Shown here in pieces: positions 63,101-64,000 of a DNA stretch of 64,000 nucleotides; within the stretch, counting starts at the first letter, position 1, and each line of letters starts with the position of its first letter. The notes beneath the pieces are model-generated. The model had not been told where the DNA came from. It saw only the letters and a list, made by a program, of their open reading frames with translations, and ran no database searches. The position numbers and the translations under genes were made by a program. Source of the DNA: Bradymonadia bacterium (GTDB lineage Bacteria; Myxococcota_A; Bradymonadia; UBA7976; UBA1532); NCBI GenBank assembly GCA_046290225.1, contig JBKAGE010000070.1, positions 224,001-288,000 of the forward strand. The letters are read 5' to 3'.

Positions 63101-63326
63101 AAAGACAATCCCTTCTCCGGCGAAGGGACCATGGCGGGGCATCTTCCGCGTGCATCTGATCGACTTTCTGGATCAGGCGGTGAGCCACTTCGAAGTCACG
63201 GGCCATGTGAAGAAAGACCCACAACAAGCATTGGCGGCCATGACGCGCTTTGGTCGCCTGGTCTTCGGCGAGCTGTGGGACGTCTATGGCCCCAGCGTCG
63301 CACGACAGCGACTGCCGGAGGCATGA
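60159..63326 (+). CDS. large GMC oxidoreductase (cholesterol-oxidase-like) with an extra C-terminal domain
   Basis: VIGSGFGG, LLERG, GYGGGSLIYAN, CVGCGGCNFGC, TVHAQGGC, YVLDG, GVNPSHTI. Confidence 0.88.
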   Translation: MNGEQAGVSADAHVPVEHKENIVIGSGFGGAVTALRLTEALLDVCLLERGRRYEKGDFPRPFQRDNEGLRQKFRLDRMLWQIDHGLLDSRMLGDMSTLVGAGYGGGSLIYANVHMRPPADLFKTDAWKPTGLNPTVLAPYFDRVERILDVQPAPEDLPTEGGGRRTIDKTDVFLSAVKGRTAFKPNLAVRFGEPTASNDFNRSQGTCVGCGGCNFGCQYHAKNTLDLNYLAAAEDSGHLEVRTLAEVHRIEQVDPKNRPEDAHLDARARYLVVYVDHLAGGEMRTLSAQRVFICAGAVGSTELLLRSQRAQAGRLPHRQLTGLSDRLGHNFAGNADALGLVVQTEKAADPNFGPVITATTVYDGRVHSRTPQEYLPKKAPDAFEDYLSPEALERHQAGKPAGEPPNLGEAQPGDPIEPVWSLLQDGGFLQGYGAFFELLAQAWWVEEGKEVSIWQEGVSERLGRRFEHLKAWTESVVRRRPRPESPRGPIRLGALTDFAGGPAGPDLGFELSDHLKQFPAQVRDQIVRLFVAQVLSHTGIEDLLPLGFARSALTRQLSPAALSQWAADLAHFCLDPEQDRADRAVFLAMGRDLALGRLWLHPENPSSPPAKGAWRATPRLQLTTDLNHNRVVYHTQERLMRDTAEAMGGQLRVNPMWSTLRTPITVHAQGGCVMAASPKDGVVDLNGQVHGHEDLYVLDGAIFPGPVGVNPSHTIAAIAEHHIEHIIRGIGTAQRPEAPLGSKPLSTTRPDPAKSRPEDWTIPKPYPLLSPEASTGVKYPDVLTGFIAQGGSGFDHTKPMTPTRLAKFNPDPFRIGEQEGQGESDFTHRLTLNLTLEIPDIDLFIDPRPRISASKINERVALQGIANGHVELLSCKTTEGTQTALQSKVEGTFLMRALDPVDPPPKRTSLPLSLIPEPTGGRRTMEYTLRWTFPKGAHPDFAGRSVILRGLKTLYSTPGLDLISDFSTLYASLEEVPPRGQKTIPSPAKGPWRGIFRVHLIDFLDQAVSHFEVTGHVKKDPQQALAAMTRFGRLVFGELWDVYGPSVARQRLPEA

Positions 63327-64000
63327 TGAGCGAACTCTATCCGGACCTGCGCATCGAGCCTCCTGTCCGCATCTACACAGGGGAGACCAGCTGTAAGCCT
63401 CCAGATCTACCGGGCAACCCTGTGTGGATGACCCGCGTACGGCTCCCCAACGACGAGCAACTGACTCGAGGGCCGATCCTCTTGATTCATGGCCTGAGCG
63501 CCAACCGGTTCACCTTCTTGCCTCAACACCGCGGCGTGCCCGCCCTGGCCCCCTGGCTCGCCCGCCAGGGCTACGACGTGTGGATCGAGGAGTGGCGGGG
63601 CACCGGACAATGGGATCAGCAACGCCAGATGTGTGATCTCAAGGTGCCCCGCAGCAGCTTCACCCTCGACGCCGTGGCAGAGCATGATCACCCCGCAGCG
63701 CTGAGCCACATCATCCAAAAGCGGCACGCCGACAACCTCAAAGAGTCCAAGATCGACGTCATCGCCCACTGCGTCGGCGCAGCGACGTTCGCCATGAGCG
63801 TCGCCAGAGGTCATGCCACTCAATGTGGCAAGGTGGTCCTCTCGGCCCTTGGCCTGTTCTATACCGTGGCCCCCCACCGGCTGATCCTCGCTCAAGATCA
63901 CATCCTCGACGCCATCACCCGCCCACTGCAGCCCCAGGCCTGTGGTCCGCTCGACGGCAGGGACTGGATGCACCCACAGCCGCCCAGGGGCAAGTCGCCC
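63323..64000 (+). CDS. alpha/beta hydrolase, partial (runs off the window; absent from the ORF track)
   Basis: Hand-translated open frame: PILLIHGLSANRFTF, LARQGYDVW, WRG, DVIAHCVGA; start overlaps the GMC stop. Confidence 0.85.
   Translation, partial: MMSELYPDLRIEPPVRIYTGETSCKPPDLPGNPVWMTRVRLPNDEQLTRGPILLIHGLSANRFTFLPQHRGVPALAPWLARQGYDVWIEEWRGTGQWDQQRQMCDLKVPRSSFTLDAVAEHDHPAALSHIIQKRHADNLKESKIDVIAHCVGAATFAMSVARGHATQCGKVVLSALGLFYTVAPHRLILAQDHILDAITRPLQPQACGPLDGRDWMHPQPPRGKSP

Overview
GC-rich bacterial DNA whose gene content suggests a Myxococcota/deltaproteobacterial genome (inference): several Hanks-type Ser/Thr kinases, an FHA-sigma54 activator, GGxGG- and Cys-rich lipoproteins. From left to right: acyl-CoA dehydrogenase and enoyl-CoA hydratase, an ABC1 kinase, a run of orphan secreted proteins beside tRNA-Thr(UGU) and its downstream tandem repeats, a kinase-NTPase-TPR protein, a MarR regulator, sdhCAB behind a structured leader, and a REC-HK/REC-HDOD/REC signalling trio. 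The centre holds the most distinctive locus (25960-34608), a divergent Fur-family metal-uptake system. It comprises a His-rich ZIP-like/DUF318 fusion permease, a short porin-like outer-membrane protein, a ZnuABC-like ABC transporter, two uncharacterised Cys/His lipoproteins, three TGCAAC-N3-(G)TTGCA-type boxes and an inserted 161-bp inverted-repeat element. To the right are a metalloprotease lipoprotein, pepP, a three-gene poly-gamma-glutamate operon (pgsB, pgsC, accessory gene), a Cys-poor L28, upp, a probable pseudokinase with a sigma54 promoter, beta-oxidation genes, an FHA-bEBP divergent from a second kinase-NTPase-TPR, and a large GMC oxidoreductase followed by a Cys-nucleophile hydrolase cut by the window end. 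No CRISPR array, rRNA, integrase or transposase was seen. All calls come from reading motifs by eye; no database searches were run.
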